Assembly: GCA_964016885.1 (NCBI GenBank)
Contig: CAXHJY010001622.1
Location: 1-41,924 of the forward strand
Length of the DNA stretch: 41,924 nucleotides
Direction of reading: 5' to 3'
DNA from: Eledone cirrhosa
Lineage: Eukaryota
The notes beneath the pieces were generated by a model. That model worked only from the letters and a program-made list of their open reading frames with translations, did not search any database and had not been told where the DNA came from. Of this stretch, positions 23,654-37,757 are shown piece after piece. A program made the translations under genes and the position numbers. The stretch's first letter is position 1. Each line of letters begins with the position of its first letter.

Positions 23654-24575
23654 CAGGGGCTGTGCAACAGGCGGCCCGCGGGCCACAATCCCGCCCGCCA
23701 GACAAGTCAGCGTGGTCCGCGATGACGGTTTGTAATTTTTACCTTGTGGGCTTATTTAGAATTTTTTTCGTAACCATAATACAATTTTCTGTTAGTTGAC
23801 CTATACGAAATACCAAGTCTCACATTAATAAAACTAAATTATATTTTATTTGTCTTTATTGTTTAATAATGTATTCACAATGTATTTATGACTCAATTCA
23901 CTGGTTTTCATTAGATTACATATTTTTGACAGTGACAGGCCCTAATATTTGTTCCAATGTTCAAAAGTGACCCACCAATGGAATATGTTTTACAATGTAT
24001 TTATGACTCAATTCACTGGTTTTCATAAGATTACATATTTTTGACAGTGACAGGCCCTAATATTTGTTCCAATGTTCAAAAGTGACCCACCAATGGAATA
24101 TGTTTTACAATGTATTTATGACTCAATTCACTGGTTTTCATAAGATTACATATTTTTGATAGTGACAGGCCCTAATATTTGTTCCAATGTTCAAAAGTGG
24201 CCCACCAATGGAATATGTTTTACAATGTATTTATGACTCAATTCATTGGTTTTCATTAGATTACATATTTTTGACAGTGACAGGCCCTAATATTTGTTCC
24301 AATGTTCAAAAGTGGCCCACCAATGGAATATGTTTTACAATGTATTTATGACTCAATTCACTGGTTTTCATTAGATTACATATTTTTGACAGTGAGTGGC
24401 CCTAATAGTTGTTCCAATGTTCAAAAGAGGCCCACCAATGGAATATGTTTTACAATGTATTTATGACCCAATTCACTGGTTTTCATTAGATTACATATTT
24501 TTGACAGTGACAGGCCCTAATAGTTGTTCCAATGTTCAAAAGAGGCCCACCAATGGAATATGTTTTACACCCCTG
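23654..24575. mobile_element. Non-autonomous hAT (Charlie-like) element with an internal tandem array
   Basis: Termini CAGGGGCTGTGCAAC / GTTTTACACCCCTG; subterminal GCGGCCCGCGGGCC; 8-bp TSD CTTTATAC/CTTTATAT. Confidence 0.88.
23878..24567. repeat. 6 x 115-bp tandem repeat
   Basis: Units start at 23878, 23993, 24108, 24223, 24338, 24453. Confidence 0.95.
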
Positions 24576-24922
24576 CTTTATATCATCGGTGAAAGACATT
24601 TATTTTATTTTTTTAAACAAAATAACATTTATTTAACCGCTTGTAGTGAAAGAAAAACAACATCACAAACGTATTTTCAATTCTCCCACCTCTGCTCTAT
24701 ATTTTGATAAGCCCCGGTGTTTATAAGTTGTGTTATTTTATTAGGTGTTTATTGTATAGGGTGTATATTGTGTGCAGAGAATGTTCAGTAATAATATATT
24801 GTGTTGGATTTATAGAATCGTTAGTGTGGTACAAAATGTTCTGGCATTTTACGTCCTGGGGATTAAGTCTTGGAGATTATAATGGTTTTCACTTCAGTAA
24901 GCCAACCTGATTTACTGAACGG

Positions 24923-25302
<380 letters not shown>

Positions 25303-25373
25303 GGAGAATATATATATATACATATATATACATATATATACATATATATACATATATATATACATATATATAC

Positions 25374-25506
25374 AACGAAGGAGTTGTGGCAAGGAACCAG
25401 GTGGACCATAACGCACCAGAGTACTCAATACTTAGGGTAGTAGAGTGGGTAATAGGAGAATGTATGACCCCGATAGGGTCATACATTCGGGGTCATACAT
25501 TCTCCT
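25374..25506 (-). mobile_element. PLE terminal fragment, family X subfamily b; fold-back near the cleavage site
   Basis: GACCCCGA-TA-GGGTCATACATT-CGGGGTCATACATTCTCC. Confidence 0.88.
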
Positions 25507-25523
25507 ATATATATATATATATA

Positions 25524-25802
25524 CAGGGCCCTCGTTTGACTTTAAAATATGAGGGGGATAAACCAAAATTTGTTGATTCTTAAAGGAGCATGATAGTATT
25601 GCTTAAGATGTCTTTCCGTGACCCTTTCACATAATTAAAATTTTACGGTAATTAAATTTTATATATTCAAATGAAGTTCAGATATAAAAAAATAAGCTTA
25701 AAAAGAATTTATTATATTAAATAAACAAAAAACAAAAGATGGTTTGTCCCCCGTTCCTGAAAAAAGTCCCCTGGTACCCCCCCCCCTAAAACAAGGCCCT
25801 TG
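25524..25802. mobile_element. Probable MITE with imperfect TIRs
   Basis: CAGGGCCCTCGTTT / AAAACAAGGCCCTTG, inserted in a TA-rich tract. Confidence 0.6.
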
Positions 25803-26126
25803 TATATGTGTGTATGTATGTTGTATATATATATATATATATATATATTTGAAAAGGCGAAGTAAGGTTCTATACAAAACAGTGGCTATAGAGTGGCTAT
25901 AGAGAAAAGGTGAAATTGGAAATAGCACGGAAAATATGTTTAAGGATCAGTTTTTTTTCCCTCATCCCCTTTCTTTGATTCGTCAAAGTGACATTATTGA
26001 AAAAATAAGAGGGTCAATTCTTTTAAAAAAGTGTTTTATAGTGTATATAAAGTATATAAAGTATATAAAGTATTACCGGTTTCGATGTATTAGTAAAATC
26101 CATTTTATCAATTGTTGAGTATTACA

Positions 26127-26176
<50 letters not shown>

Positions 26177-26310
26177 TTAGGTTAATAGGAGTTAGGTATT
26201 GTATACCCGTGTCCCATTAAGGTATTGGCAGCATAATAATTAGCTCTATGCTTTGGAGCAGAGCCGTATATATGATAAAGAACACAAGAGCGTCTACAAC
26301 ATCAAAAGAT

Positions 26311-26370
26311 TTTTATTGGCTTACAATGTTTCTTCCTTACGTAACCGTAGGATTCGTCAGAGCTATAAAA
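26311..26370 (-). ncRNA. Type I minimal hammerhead ribozyme
   Basis: GCU CUGACGA AUCCUACGGUUACGUAAGGAA GAAA CAUUG UA / AGC. Confidence 0.7.
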
Positions 26371-26533
26371 GGGGTTTGATTGGTGTTATGGACTCTACCA
26401 ACCAAACATTCAAGAACAAAGAGACTTATCGCACCAAAATTAGACTTATCGTCCCCTACTTTTGCTCTTTACTCTCTTTACTCTTTGTTCTTGAATGTTT
26501 GGTTGGTAGAGTCCATAACACCAATCAAATCTC

Positions 26534-26593
26534 TTTTATAGCTCTGAAGAATCCTACGGTTACGTAAGGAAGAAACATTGTAAGCCAATAAAA
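26534..26593 (+). ncRNA. Type I minimal hammerhead ribozyme
   Basis: UUUUAUAGCU CUGAAGA AUCCUACGGUUACGUAAGGAA GAAA CAUUG UA / AGCCAAUAAAA. Confidence 0.72.
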
Positions 26594-26627
26594 ATCTTTT
26601 GATGTTGTAGACGCTCTTGTGTTCTTT

Positions 26628-26761
<134 letters not shown>

Positions 26762-27132
26762 AAGGAAAAGCGAAGTAGTTTCAGATGTTCAAGTTTTTTT
26801 TAATTTTGGTTGGAGTTCATTTATGAAAAAGACGCAATGTTTAGACAAATCACAGAGGCAATAAACATAAATGAACTCCAACCAAAATTAAATAGAAAAC
26901 ATGAATGGAACAGCAACATCACAACTTACAATTAAGGACAAAATGAGAACACACACACATAGAACAAACAACCAACCAGTAACATCTACATAAACAAATA
27001 CATAAACAAATATAAACACACACAGACACCCGGATGTAACACATGCGCAAACTAAGCACACAACACACACAAAAACAGGATGGTGTAGGACAGAACAAAG
27101 GAGTGGCACAAACAAAAAGAAAAGAATCCCCA

Positions 27133-27175
27133 GCCACTGAAGAGGTCACAGAATGTGTGACGAAAGAACTTTGAC
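27133..27175 (+). ncRNA. Degenerate hammerhead-like motif
   Basis: CUGAAGA GGUCACAGAAUGUGUGAC GAAA; stems I and III weak. Confidence 0.45.
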
Positions 27176-27857
27176 AATATATGAACAATCATCTGGTTGT
27201 GGAACCAACCAACCGGAAATTTATAAATTCCTAAATTTATAAATTTAATTTATAATAAATTGAAGTGAAAGCAACTGGTGCGTGTGTTTCTTATTGGCAA
27301 CATGACCCTCCAAAAGTATAACAATATATATATATATATGAAAAACATGGGGAGAAGAATACTGCATGGTTGCACATGGATTACATATTATAAAATTAGT
27401 CCCTCATCAGTGATTTGCCAACCATCATTGGTATTTCATCGCATTAAAAATCATATACCTCAGGTTGGTGCGAGCAATAACTAAAATAACCTATTGGGAC
27501 AAGTGAAACGCGTAAAGCGAGTGAGACAAGTAAACAACAGAAGGAAAAGCAAACCGAAGGTTGGGAAAACAGCAAGCAATCATGATAGTTATCCGATCAG
27601 TATAAGCTGGGTGAATTTCATGAGCGGTCAGAGAAGCAGACCGTACGCCGTGAATGCGGTGTGAGAAAGAAGGAACCCCACTACTAGCGAACGGGAGGAA
27701 GTGAGAAGGGGAGAAACAGAGAGTGAGTGAGTGTATATATATTCGAACTTAATGCACAGAAACTGTAGTGATTTCCAGAGCTTGACTGAGGAGATGGGAC
27801 TGTCCGTTTTTCTGTTGTCTTTTTCCAGTGCCCTTGTCCTGTGCGCTCTCTATTTTG

Positions 27858-27912
<55 letters not shown>

Positions 27913-27975
27913 CAGATTGTATCTAGCTGTCGAAACGGCCGGAGCTCAGCCGTCGGGGTCCTGAATTTTTTCATG

Positions 27976-28010
<35 letters not shown>

Positions 28011-28046
28011 TATTTATTCTGTATCATTAACATTTATATATAAAAT

Positions 28047-28236
28047 AATAATTGTTTCTACTTTAGGCACAAGGCCAGCAATTACCCAGTGCATTACTGG
28101 TACTTTATTTTATCGACCCCGTAAGGATGAAAGGCAAAGTCAACCTCAGCGGGATTTGAACTCAGATCGTAAAGGGACGTAACTATGCTGGAAAGCATGG
28201 CGTCCGACCCTCTACCGATACTGCCAATCCACCGCC
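28047..28236 (-). mobile_element. Near full-length tRNA-derived SINE
   Basis: Reverse complement of the array consensus, including A and B boxes. Confidence 0.9.
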
Positions 28237-28846
28237 CTTTATATATAAAATAATAATAATATTTTTTAGAGAAGGGCCTCATATTTCATATGCCTTAAAT
28301 CCCCAGTAGGTGAAAATACGGCCCTGTCTGCCAATTGCACCTCTTGACAGAGGTAGACGGAATTTGAACTTATAATGCACAGAATCGGTTTAGATACGGC
28401 AAATCATCATATTTGACACTAATAATTCAGTGAAATCACCGCCCGGAGGTGACTACAGATTTCATTCGTCGTCATCGCCTCCTGATATAATGAAAGGGCA
28501 AAGTTGACATCGGCAAAGTCAGAAGTTGGACCGCTTTAGAACCGGAAGAAATGTAAATGTTTTAACGACTCTGCCAATTCGTCGTCAATCTAGGCATAAA
28601 TTGCCAGAAAGCCAAAATAATATTTATATTTCATAGACCACCCCACCACCACCGCTACCACTTGTATCAAAGAAAGAAAATCAACAACAACAGCAACAGC
28701 AATAACAGCAACAAAAACACTAATATTTTACAATGCATGTTACAGAATTTAAACAATGTCGTCAGACATTTTAGAATTTCAAACTCTCTGATTTTAATTA
28801 TAGTCTAACGTTTAATTAGAAAATGCATTAGAAATATTTATTCAAC

Positions 28847-28886
<40 letters not shown>

Positions 28887-29204
28887 ACAGACACACACAC
28901 GTCTCTATTTCGGTTAACCGTAAATGATATTGAAGCCTCTAACGGAAGAGGTATTACAGACGTCACCGGAAATGGAGAAAGAACTAGAAAAGCTCTGTAC
29001 AAGGAATGTTTGTTTGTTTTTTCTCTCTCTCTCTCTCTCTCTTCCCTTCTCCCCCCCCCGCTCTGTCTGTTTGTGTGTGCACGCGAATGTGTGTTTGTGT
29101 ATGCGAGAGTGTATGTATGTGGATATATATATATATATACAATAAAGTGTGTGCGTGTGTATAGATGATTTCATACGAATGAAACAGTTCTATTCCTGTA
29201 GAAG

Positions 29205-29292
<88 letters not shown>

Positions 29293-29363
29293 AAACATGA
29301 GAAGAAAGAAGAATACTGCGTGGTTGCACATGGGTTACATATGATAAAAATAGTCCTTCGTCA

Positions 29364-29410
<47 letters not shown>

Positions 29411-29423
29411 TTTATATATACAG

Positions 29424-29472
<49 letters not shown>

Positions 29473-29691
29473 ATGTAAAAGGTAAACGGAAATAACAACA
29501 CAATCGGTACAGTATATGGAAGGAATATATTAGGTTAACGCTTGATATATAGAGTATATATATAGAGTATATATATACAGTATATATATACAGTATATAT
29601 ATACAGTATATATATACAGTATATATATATTTGTAGTATACAGACATGTAAACATGACAAATATATGTATTTCCACGTCAATAATTCTTGG

Positions 29692-29860
29692 TACTTTTGG
29701 CACAAGGCCAGCAATTATCTCAGTACGTTACCGGTACTTTATTTTATCGACCGCGTAATTATGAAAGGCATAGTTAACCTCGGCGGGATTTGAACTCAGA
29801 ACGTAAAGGGACGTAACTCTATGCTGTAAAGCATGGCGTCCGATACTGCCAATCACCGCC
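29692..29860 (-). mobile_element. tRNA-derived SINE
   Basis: Same family, small internal deletion. Confidence 0.88.
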
Positions 29861-30448
29861 TTCCTACCGTTAATAGTATGCACATTAGTACGCCCATTTC
29901 AGGTTACTATCATCAATTTTCGTGTGTATAAGCCTCACGCTTACGTATTTTGCCTTGCGGTTGTTTAGATGATATACATACCCAACTAGGTCTTAAAATT
30001 ATCTTTTTTCAATCTACAACGAAATATGTATTTTCCATATGTTTACATAACTAAATTTACACGCACATTTATGCAGTTTCGGTTATCTTTATACTCTATA
30101 TATACTACAGATATAATTTAATTGTATACCACCGCTGTTTAGTGTACAATTATATATACTAGCAGAAATACCACTCTTCGGGTGGTTTTCTGCTAGCATG
30201 TGTAGTGTCCATATTGATATTATACACAAGTATATATGCATGTATATATATGATACATTAAATAAAATCGTAATTGACAATATACACAGAAATTGAACGA
30301 AGACCGTCTTATGTAATCTGTAAAGTAATCCATGATAAACTAAAAAAAGACGATATTATATATAAACTGCATTAGGAGAAAATTAGTGATGGAAATATAT
30401 GAATGTTTACTTAAGTGATCGCTAACCGGAAGTGTTGACATTTGAAAA

Positions 30449-30944
<496 letters not shown>

Positions 30945-31050
30945 GTTCCTCAGTGAATTAACAACCCAACAAGGAACTGGGCATATCAGAGTATTGACAA
31001 TATTATACACCTAAACAACATATGTACTTGTCGACACCATACTAATTCAA

Positions 31051-31105
31051 ACTGCCTGAAGAGGTCACAGCCAAAGATGGCTGTCACTGAAATATATATA
31101 TCAGT
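31051..31105 (+). ncRNA. Type I minimal hammerhead ribozyme within a short element (~30945-31255)
   Basis: ACUGC CUGAAGA GGUCACAGCCAAAGAUGGCUGUCACU GAAA UAUAUA UA / UCAGU. Confidence 0.75.
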
Positions 31106-31417
31106 AATACACGAAGCTAAATTTTAATCATTTGACTTTTATTTAACTTTATTTTACACTACTCCGGAGTAACCAAACCAACCTGCGCACTTCGTCGAGT
31201 GCTCCAGCCTGCATATTGAGGTGTTGGTATACAACCAACATAAACTCAAAATCAATATATATATATATATATATATACTGATTCTTTTGAATTCAGTTTG
31301 AATTATTTTTCCCATATCTTATGTTAACTATTTTACCATTTTGACGCTATAGTCACTTATATATTATATATTATGGAATACTGTTAGCTTCTCGCTACAA
31401 TAATTTCTATTCTTTTC

Positions 31418-31503
<86 letters not shown>

Positions 31504-31512
31504 ATATATAAT

Positions 31513-31543
<31 letters not shown>

Positions 31544-31568
31544 TATATATATAATATATATATATAAT

Positions 31569-31634
<66 letters not shown>

Positions 31635-32369
31635 GTGTTAAGTATTTCCGTAGAAAAGGTAAAGGAAAGAAGATTGCTTTATGTGTAGTACAGAACTACC
31701 AAAGGTTTCAGGAAACTAGACGATCCTAACACAAACGTACAGTTCGCTCATCAGATGTAACAGTTGTGTCCTGAAATGTTTGGTAATGGTATAATTATAT
31801 TGTGTTGTTTATGATGTAAATATATATATATATACATATGCAAAAAGTAAACGGAAACGATAAAGCAAGCAACACAGTACAATGAAGAAATATATTAGTT
31901 TAACGCTTGACAAAGAATATTTACGTTTAGAACACTAGTTCTTCACCAGAATATAGAATGAGAAATAAACTAGAAAGATAGAGAGTGAAAAGAGGAAAGA
32001 ATGGAATGGAAAAAAATATGAGAAAAAACACGTGTGTATTCAGTCAACCAAATATGTATATGTATATATATGTATATATAATATATAAGATCAAAAGATG
32101 GTTAAAAGAATTCCATGTATTTTATTATGCGCATTTCAAAAACAAATATCATCATGCAATAATATTTGTGTTTTCATCAGATAAAATAGGAAGACATGAT
32201 ATGAAGGTTAAAAAACACTTGTGGATAGTGCAGTTTTGAATCAACATATGAAAAGTAGTTTTAGATTGATGTGTGATATTGGGAAAAAAACTGTAGAGTG
32301 CTTCTTATCGGATATCTGCATTGCTTTATTGTACTACAATAAAACTCACCTCCTACATATATATATATA

Positions 32370-32560
32370 GGAACGAGTAGGACCCCGACGGCTGAGCGCA
32401 AGCCGTTTCGACGGCTAATTCAGTCCAGAATTAGCCGTCGAAACTGATTGAGCTCAGCCGTCGGGGTCCTACTCGTTCCTATTACCCACTCTACTACCCT
32501 AAGTATTGAGTACTTTGGTGCGTTATGGTCCACCTGGTTCCTTACCACATTTCCTCCGTT
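32370..32560 (+). mobile_element. PLE terminal fragment (family X), fold-back
   Basis: Centre ~32421. Confidence 0.9.
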
Positions 32561-32652
32561 ATATATATAAATATATATATATACTATGGAATACTGTTGG
32601 CTTTTTGCTACAATGTTGTCTATACCTTTCATTTATATATATATATATATAT

Positions 32653-32820
32653 ATCTATCTATCTAAGGCGGGTAAAATTCCCGAGATCCATGGACGAGTT
32701 CTCTCCAGCGGTCTCTGTCCCTCATTATCGCTGCCATATCCTGCATCTCCAACAGACCAGTGTCTGTCCTTAGGGCATCAACATATGTTAACCTTGGTCT
32801 TCCTCTTCTAGTGTGTCCAT
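32653..32820 (-). mobile_element. 3' end of RTE-group LINE (same family as 4761-4984)
   Basis: GHTRRGRPRLTYVDALRTDTG...YPP*. Confidence 0.85.
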
Positions 32821-32934
32821 ATTTAAATATATATATATAAATATATATGTGTGTGTGAGTGTCTGTGTATGCGTGTGTATGTGTATGTGTGTCTACGTTT
32901 GTGTCTGTGTGTTTGTGTGCATGTATGTATTTAC

Positions 32935-32972
<38 letters not shown>

Positions 32973-33255
32973 CGAGCGAGTTTATATATACAAGCTCTCT
33001 ATACTGATGATAGAAAGCTGTAAGCTATGCACTGCTTTAATCTCTGAAATCTATTCATATATTTTCAAGATGGTTGCTACAAATTATGTACAATCATGTG
33101 TCTACGAAACATGAATATTTATCATTATTTCGTTATGGTGATATCATTTTGTAAAATCCGAAATGATTGTCAGATCAAATTTTTAAATGGATTTATTTGA
33201 TGCACTCGTTTCCTCCTGCCCACGATATGACTTTCTCTTATTGGGTTTAAAGCAT

Positions 33256-33287
<32 letters not shown>

Positions 33288-33315
33288 CACACACATATAT
33301 ATATATATATATGTA

Positions 33316-33377
<62 letters not shown>

Positions 33378-33533
33378 TGTATATGTATATATATTTATAT
33401 TTAACGTGATATTATATATATAGACGTCTAATGCTATTGTTAACAACCCCCCCCCCCTCTCCTATGTCCGCCATCTGCACACAGCGCCTAATCTAAAGAT
33501 TATAATCTGGCATACCCCGACATTTTAAAACGA

Positions 33534-33658
<125 letters not shown>

Positions 33659-33824
33659 CTGTCTGTGTGTGTATGTATGTATGTATGTATGTATATATAT
33701 ATATATCTTTCCTAACGAAGTGTTATTGTGTGTTTTATTTATTTTTATTATTAGTATTATTAATATTGTGTCGCTGTATGTAGGTCAAATCTGTTGCGTC
33801 TGTATTTGTTCGTATTCTAATGAC

Positions 33825-33913
<89 letters not shown>

Positions 33914-34186
33914 AGCATACATATATCTATATATATATGTATATGTATGTATTTATATATATGTAATATATATATATTCATATATATATATTTATATATG
34001 TATATATATATATATATATACATATATAAGAGCTTGCTTTCGTCGTGTTAGTTCATTCCGAGTGCTTTCTCTTCCTCACGTTTTGTTATCATAACATGTC
34101 TAATTTTCAGTGTAGGTAGTAGTGAAAATATTATTACCATAGCATGAAGAGAGCATCACAAAAAGTGTTTTATGTATATATGTATT

Positions 34187-34240
<54 letters not shown>

Positions 34241-34348
34241 AGTGTGTGTGTGTGTATATATGTATATATATGTATATATGATGTAGTATATATATATATA
34301 TTTAAATATATACTACATATATACATATATATACATATATACATATAT

Positions 34349-34436
<88 letters not shown>

Positions 34437-34474
34437 GGATTTCCCTCTGCATTGTTGTGGCTTTCTTAACTACG

Positions 34475-34518
<44 letters not shown>

Positions 34519-34556
34519 CCGTGTATATATATGTATATATGTAGTATATATATGTA

Positions 34557-34627
<71 letters not shown>

Positions 34628-34677
34628 GATACCATCAACACTATAAACACAGAGCTGGCATATCTAAGAACTGACTA

Positions 34678-34733
34678 ACTGCCTGATGAGGTCATAGCCA
34701 TTCAATGGCTATCATCGAAATATATATAGCAGT
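34678..34733 (+). ncRNA. Type I minimal hammerhead ribozyme within a short element (~34622-34779)
   Basis: ACUGC CUGAUGA GGUCAUAGCCAUUCAAUGGCUAUCAUC GAAA UAUAUA UA / GCAGU; canonical core. Confidence 0.88.
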
Positions 34734-34794
34734 AAATAAAGGATTATGAGTTCATGCAATTGAGTTATGTTTCGTCACTATATATATATATATA

Positions 34795-34901
34795 ATAATT
34801 GTTTCTACTATTGGCACAAGGCCAGCAATTACCCAGTACATTACTGGTACTTTATTTTATCGACCCCGTAAGGATGAAAGGCAAAGTTAACCTCGGCTGG
34901 A
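34795..34901 (-). mobile_element. 5'-truncated SINE
   Basis: Core and tail only. Confidence 0.85.
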
Positions 34902-34924
34902 TATATATATATAATAATAATAAT

Positions 34925-35102
34925 AAATTTGAAGACTAAAATCCAAAGCCCGCTCAATAAGGATAAATATATATAAAATATATAAGAACCCTATAGCAAA
35001 TATTTATTAAAATAACAGATTAAAGTGTAAGCAAAGAATCGTTGCTTTCGCCGTTAACGGAATCTTCAGAAAGCAGCGATTCTTTGCTTAAACTCTAATC
35101 TG
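34925..35102 (-). mobile_element. HHR-bearing short element with a short inverted arm
   Basis: Minus strand CUGAAGA UUCCGUUAACGGC GAAA GCA..UGC UU; + arm GAAAGCAGCGATTCTTTGCTTAAAC at ~35069-35102. Confidence 0.7.
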
Positions 35103-35299
35103 GGATATTAGCACCTGCGGCCCCAAAAGACTTAAAAGTACAATAATTTTAAATATATTTATTTACACTCCTCTATATTTTGAAAATTTAAATTTATGTT
35201 ATCTGCAGTATTTAGAAATGCATGAGTTTTACTTTTAGCTCCGTTACACTTCATATACGTGATGGTATATGCGTGTAAGTATGTATAAATATATACTAT

Positions 35300-35412
35300 A
35301 TGTGACTGAGTGGTTAGAGAATTGGATTCACAATCTTGAGGTTGTGAGTTCGATTCCTGGACCGGGCGATGCTTTATGTCCTTGAGCAAGACACTTTATT
35401 TCACGTTGCTCT
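35300..35412 (+). mobile_element. Second tRNA-derived SINE family (CORE-like)
   Basis: tRNA-like head TGACTGAGTGGTTAG...GAGTTCGATTCC, then TGTCCTTGAGCAAGACACTTTATTTCAC. Confidence 0.75.
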
Positions 35413-35508
35413 TTCTACCTGGAGTTGCCACCGATAGATAGTATTACCAACTGGAAAGACCAACGGAAACATTGTTTCCTCGGTCCGATTTGACGAAAGT
35501 CGATCGAT

Positions 35509-35551
<43 letters not shown>

Positions 35552-35957
35552 AACACACACACATATATTTGCATTTATATATATTTGTAAATATACATAT
35601 ATATATATATGTGTGTAAAAGGTAAACAGAAATAACAACACAATCGGTACAGTATATGGAAGGTATATATTAGGTTAACCCATGATATAGCAGGAAGAGG
35701 GTCTTAACGTTTCGAACGCTAGTCCTTCATCAAAAGAAAGAATGAGAAATAAAATAGATTAAGGGGATGGGCGGGTTGGAATTGGAAAAAATGTCTTTAG
35801 ATAAAAATAATAGGGCCATTCATGTTGACATCTCTTGCAAAACTGTATATATATATATATATATAACGAAGGAAATGTGGTAAGGAACCAGGTGGACCAT
35901 AACGCACCAAAGTACTCAATACTTAGGGTAGTAGAGTGGGTAATAGGAACGAGTAGG

Positions 35958-36054
35958 ACCCCGACGGCTGAGCTCAAGCCGTTTCGACGGCTAATTCTGG
36001 ACTAAATGAAAATGTTTATCCTGGTATATGAATAGCCGAGCTTCTCAGGGGGTA
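35958..36054 (-). ncRNA. Type I hammerhead of the PLE terminal repeat (core variant CUGAGAA, long stem II insert)
   Basis: ACCCC CUGAGAA GCUCGGCUA...UAGCCGUC GAAA CGGC UUGAGCUCA GCCG UC / GGGGU. Confidence 0.75.
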
Positions 36055-36566
36055 ATTCCATATATGGTAAAAGTGATTGTCACAAGGATTGGTCAAAAGT
36101 CTGTTGTTGAGACACATAATTCTATCATGGTAATTTGTGGAAGGAAGGGGTAGTTGAACCTGCCAGTAGAAGAAAGAGGGAGAGGGGGTGGAGGAAACCC
36201 AGTTGTGCGTTGATAGTGCCAACTACAGCAGGGCAGGAGGTCAAGGAAGTATACTAGGGAGGGGGAGGGGGAGGAAGTCGAAACAAAAAGTAAAACAATA
36301 TGGGGTAAAAATACCGAGAATGTTAAAATTAAATATAAAAAAAACAAAAAACAAAATAACAAAACAATTATTGGTTACTATTCCCCAACGACAGGCATCA
36401 AGTCTCTCACTGGTACTGCTAGACTATAGAGAAGTTTACTAGGTGGGACGGAATTATAATGAGACCCTTTTAAGAGGTAGTAGTAATCAACCGAGTATAT
36501 CTTACGGTGACGGGTCAACAAGTGGGGGGCCAAAATACTAAAGAAATTACCACGAAATAATAATTT

Positions 36567-37757
36567 GAGGTCACGGATCTTATAGGATTATTCCTACTAG
36601 TTAAACTCACCGATATGTTTCCTGCATTCGGCGGTGGATTGTACCGTGATGATGGGATCCTTACCCTTAAAGGGTACAACCCTAGTAGTACAGACCGGAT
36701 CCGTAAACAATTAATCAGCTTCTTCCGCGACTGGGGATTTAAAATAACCCTACAAACGTCCCTGACCCGAGTAAACTTCCTGGACGTTACCCTTGACCTC
36801 GATAATGATCTGTACTACCCATACAGGAAACCCAACGACAACCTGCACTACATCCACCGCCAGTCAAACCATCCTAGGAACATCGCCAATAACCTGGTTA
36901 AAAACATCTCCCTCCGCATATCTCGTTTGTCTGCTAATGAGCAGATATTCGAGGAACATGCGCCTTATTACAACCAGGCTCTCAAGCGGAGTGGTTTCCA
37001 GGAGGAAATTTCCTACTGTCCAGCTTCCATTAGTGGAACCAGCAGGCGACACCGCCGCTCACGCAATGTAACATAGTTCAATCCTCCCCACAACGCCGAG
37101 GTGACAACTCCTATCGGGAAAATCTTCTTTAGGCTCATCGAAAAGCACTTCCCACTACAACACCGCTACCACAATATAATTAACAAAAATACCATCAAAC
37201 TCTCCTACAGCACCACACCAAACTTTGCACAAAACATCGTCTCCTCTAACAACAAAAAACTCAACCCCTATGGAAGAAATAACCTAAATAGCAGTGGAGA
37301 GCCGACCAGGAGGTGCAACTGTCCTGATGGATCCATTTTCCCCCTCGACAACAGATGCAGAGATCGTAATGTGATCTACCAGTGCAACGTGAGGACGGAC
37401 ACCTCCAACAAAGCTTATATAGGATTAACCGCATGTGACTTCAAGACCCGGCTATACCAACACAGACATACCTTCCGAAACCCGGCCCGGCGTCACGCCA
37501 CCACACTATCGGGCCACATCTGGCACCTCAAGGATAACAATATTACCTATGATCTCACTTGGAGCTTACTGTCCAGAGCCAACTCCTACACGGGAGGACG
37601 CCGTCCGTGCAATTTATGCTCGGAGGAAACTTTACAAATGCTGTTTTCGACGGACCTACTCCTAAACAAGAAGGACGAACTGGTAAATGCATGCAAACAC
37701 AGATTGCGTAGGACTTACCTCGCCCTCAAACCCAATAATGACCGGGGGGGGGGGTAG
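36567..37757 (+). pseudogene. PLE RT (C-terminal half) + GIY-YIG endonuclease, single in-frame TAG at 37074-37076
   Basis: EVTDLIGLFLL..GLYRDDG..VNFLDVTLDL..PYRKPN..SNHP..RISRLS; RNVT*FNPP (W expected); CNC..PL..C, NVIYQC..AYIGLT..FKTR..H, CNLC..E, LLN, CKH. ORFs 36615 and 37101 are in the same frame. Confidence 0.93.

Noticed and set aside
23878-24567. CRISPR-like array
   Set aside because: Whole units repeat with no unique spacers; eukaryotic context; no cas genes
30425-30445. ETS-like CCGGAAGT promoter motifs (also ~10370 and ~28966)
   Set aside because: Short motifs with no supporting downstream exon; cannot be distinguished from chance
35946-36003. HDV-like reading of family X (GCCGT-TTCG-ACGGCTAATTCTG)
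   Set aside because: No P3/L3/P1.1 elements; the opposite strand fits a hammerhead much better
37074-37076. Recoded stop or selenocysteine in the PLE (reported for some Naiads)
   Set aside because: The codon is TAG at a conserved Trp (WFNPP), best explained as a TGG>TAG mutation; Sec needs TGA
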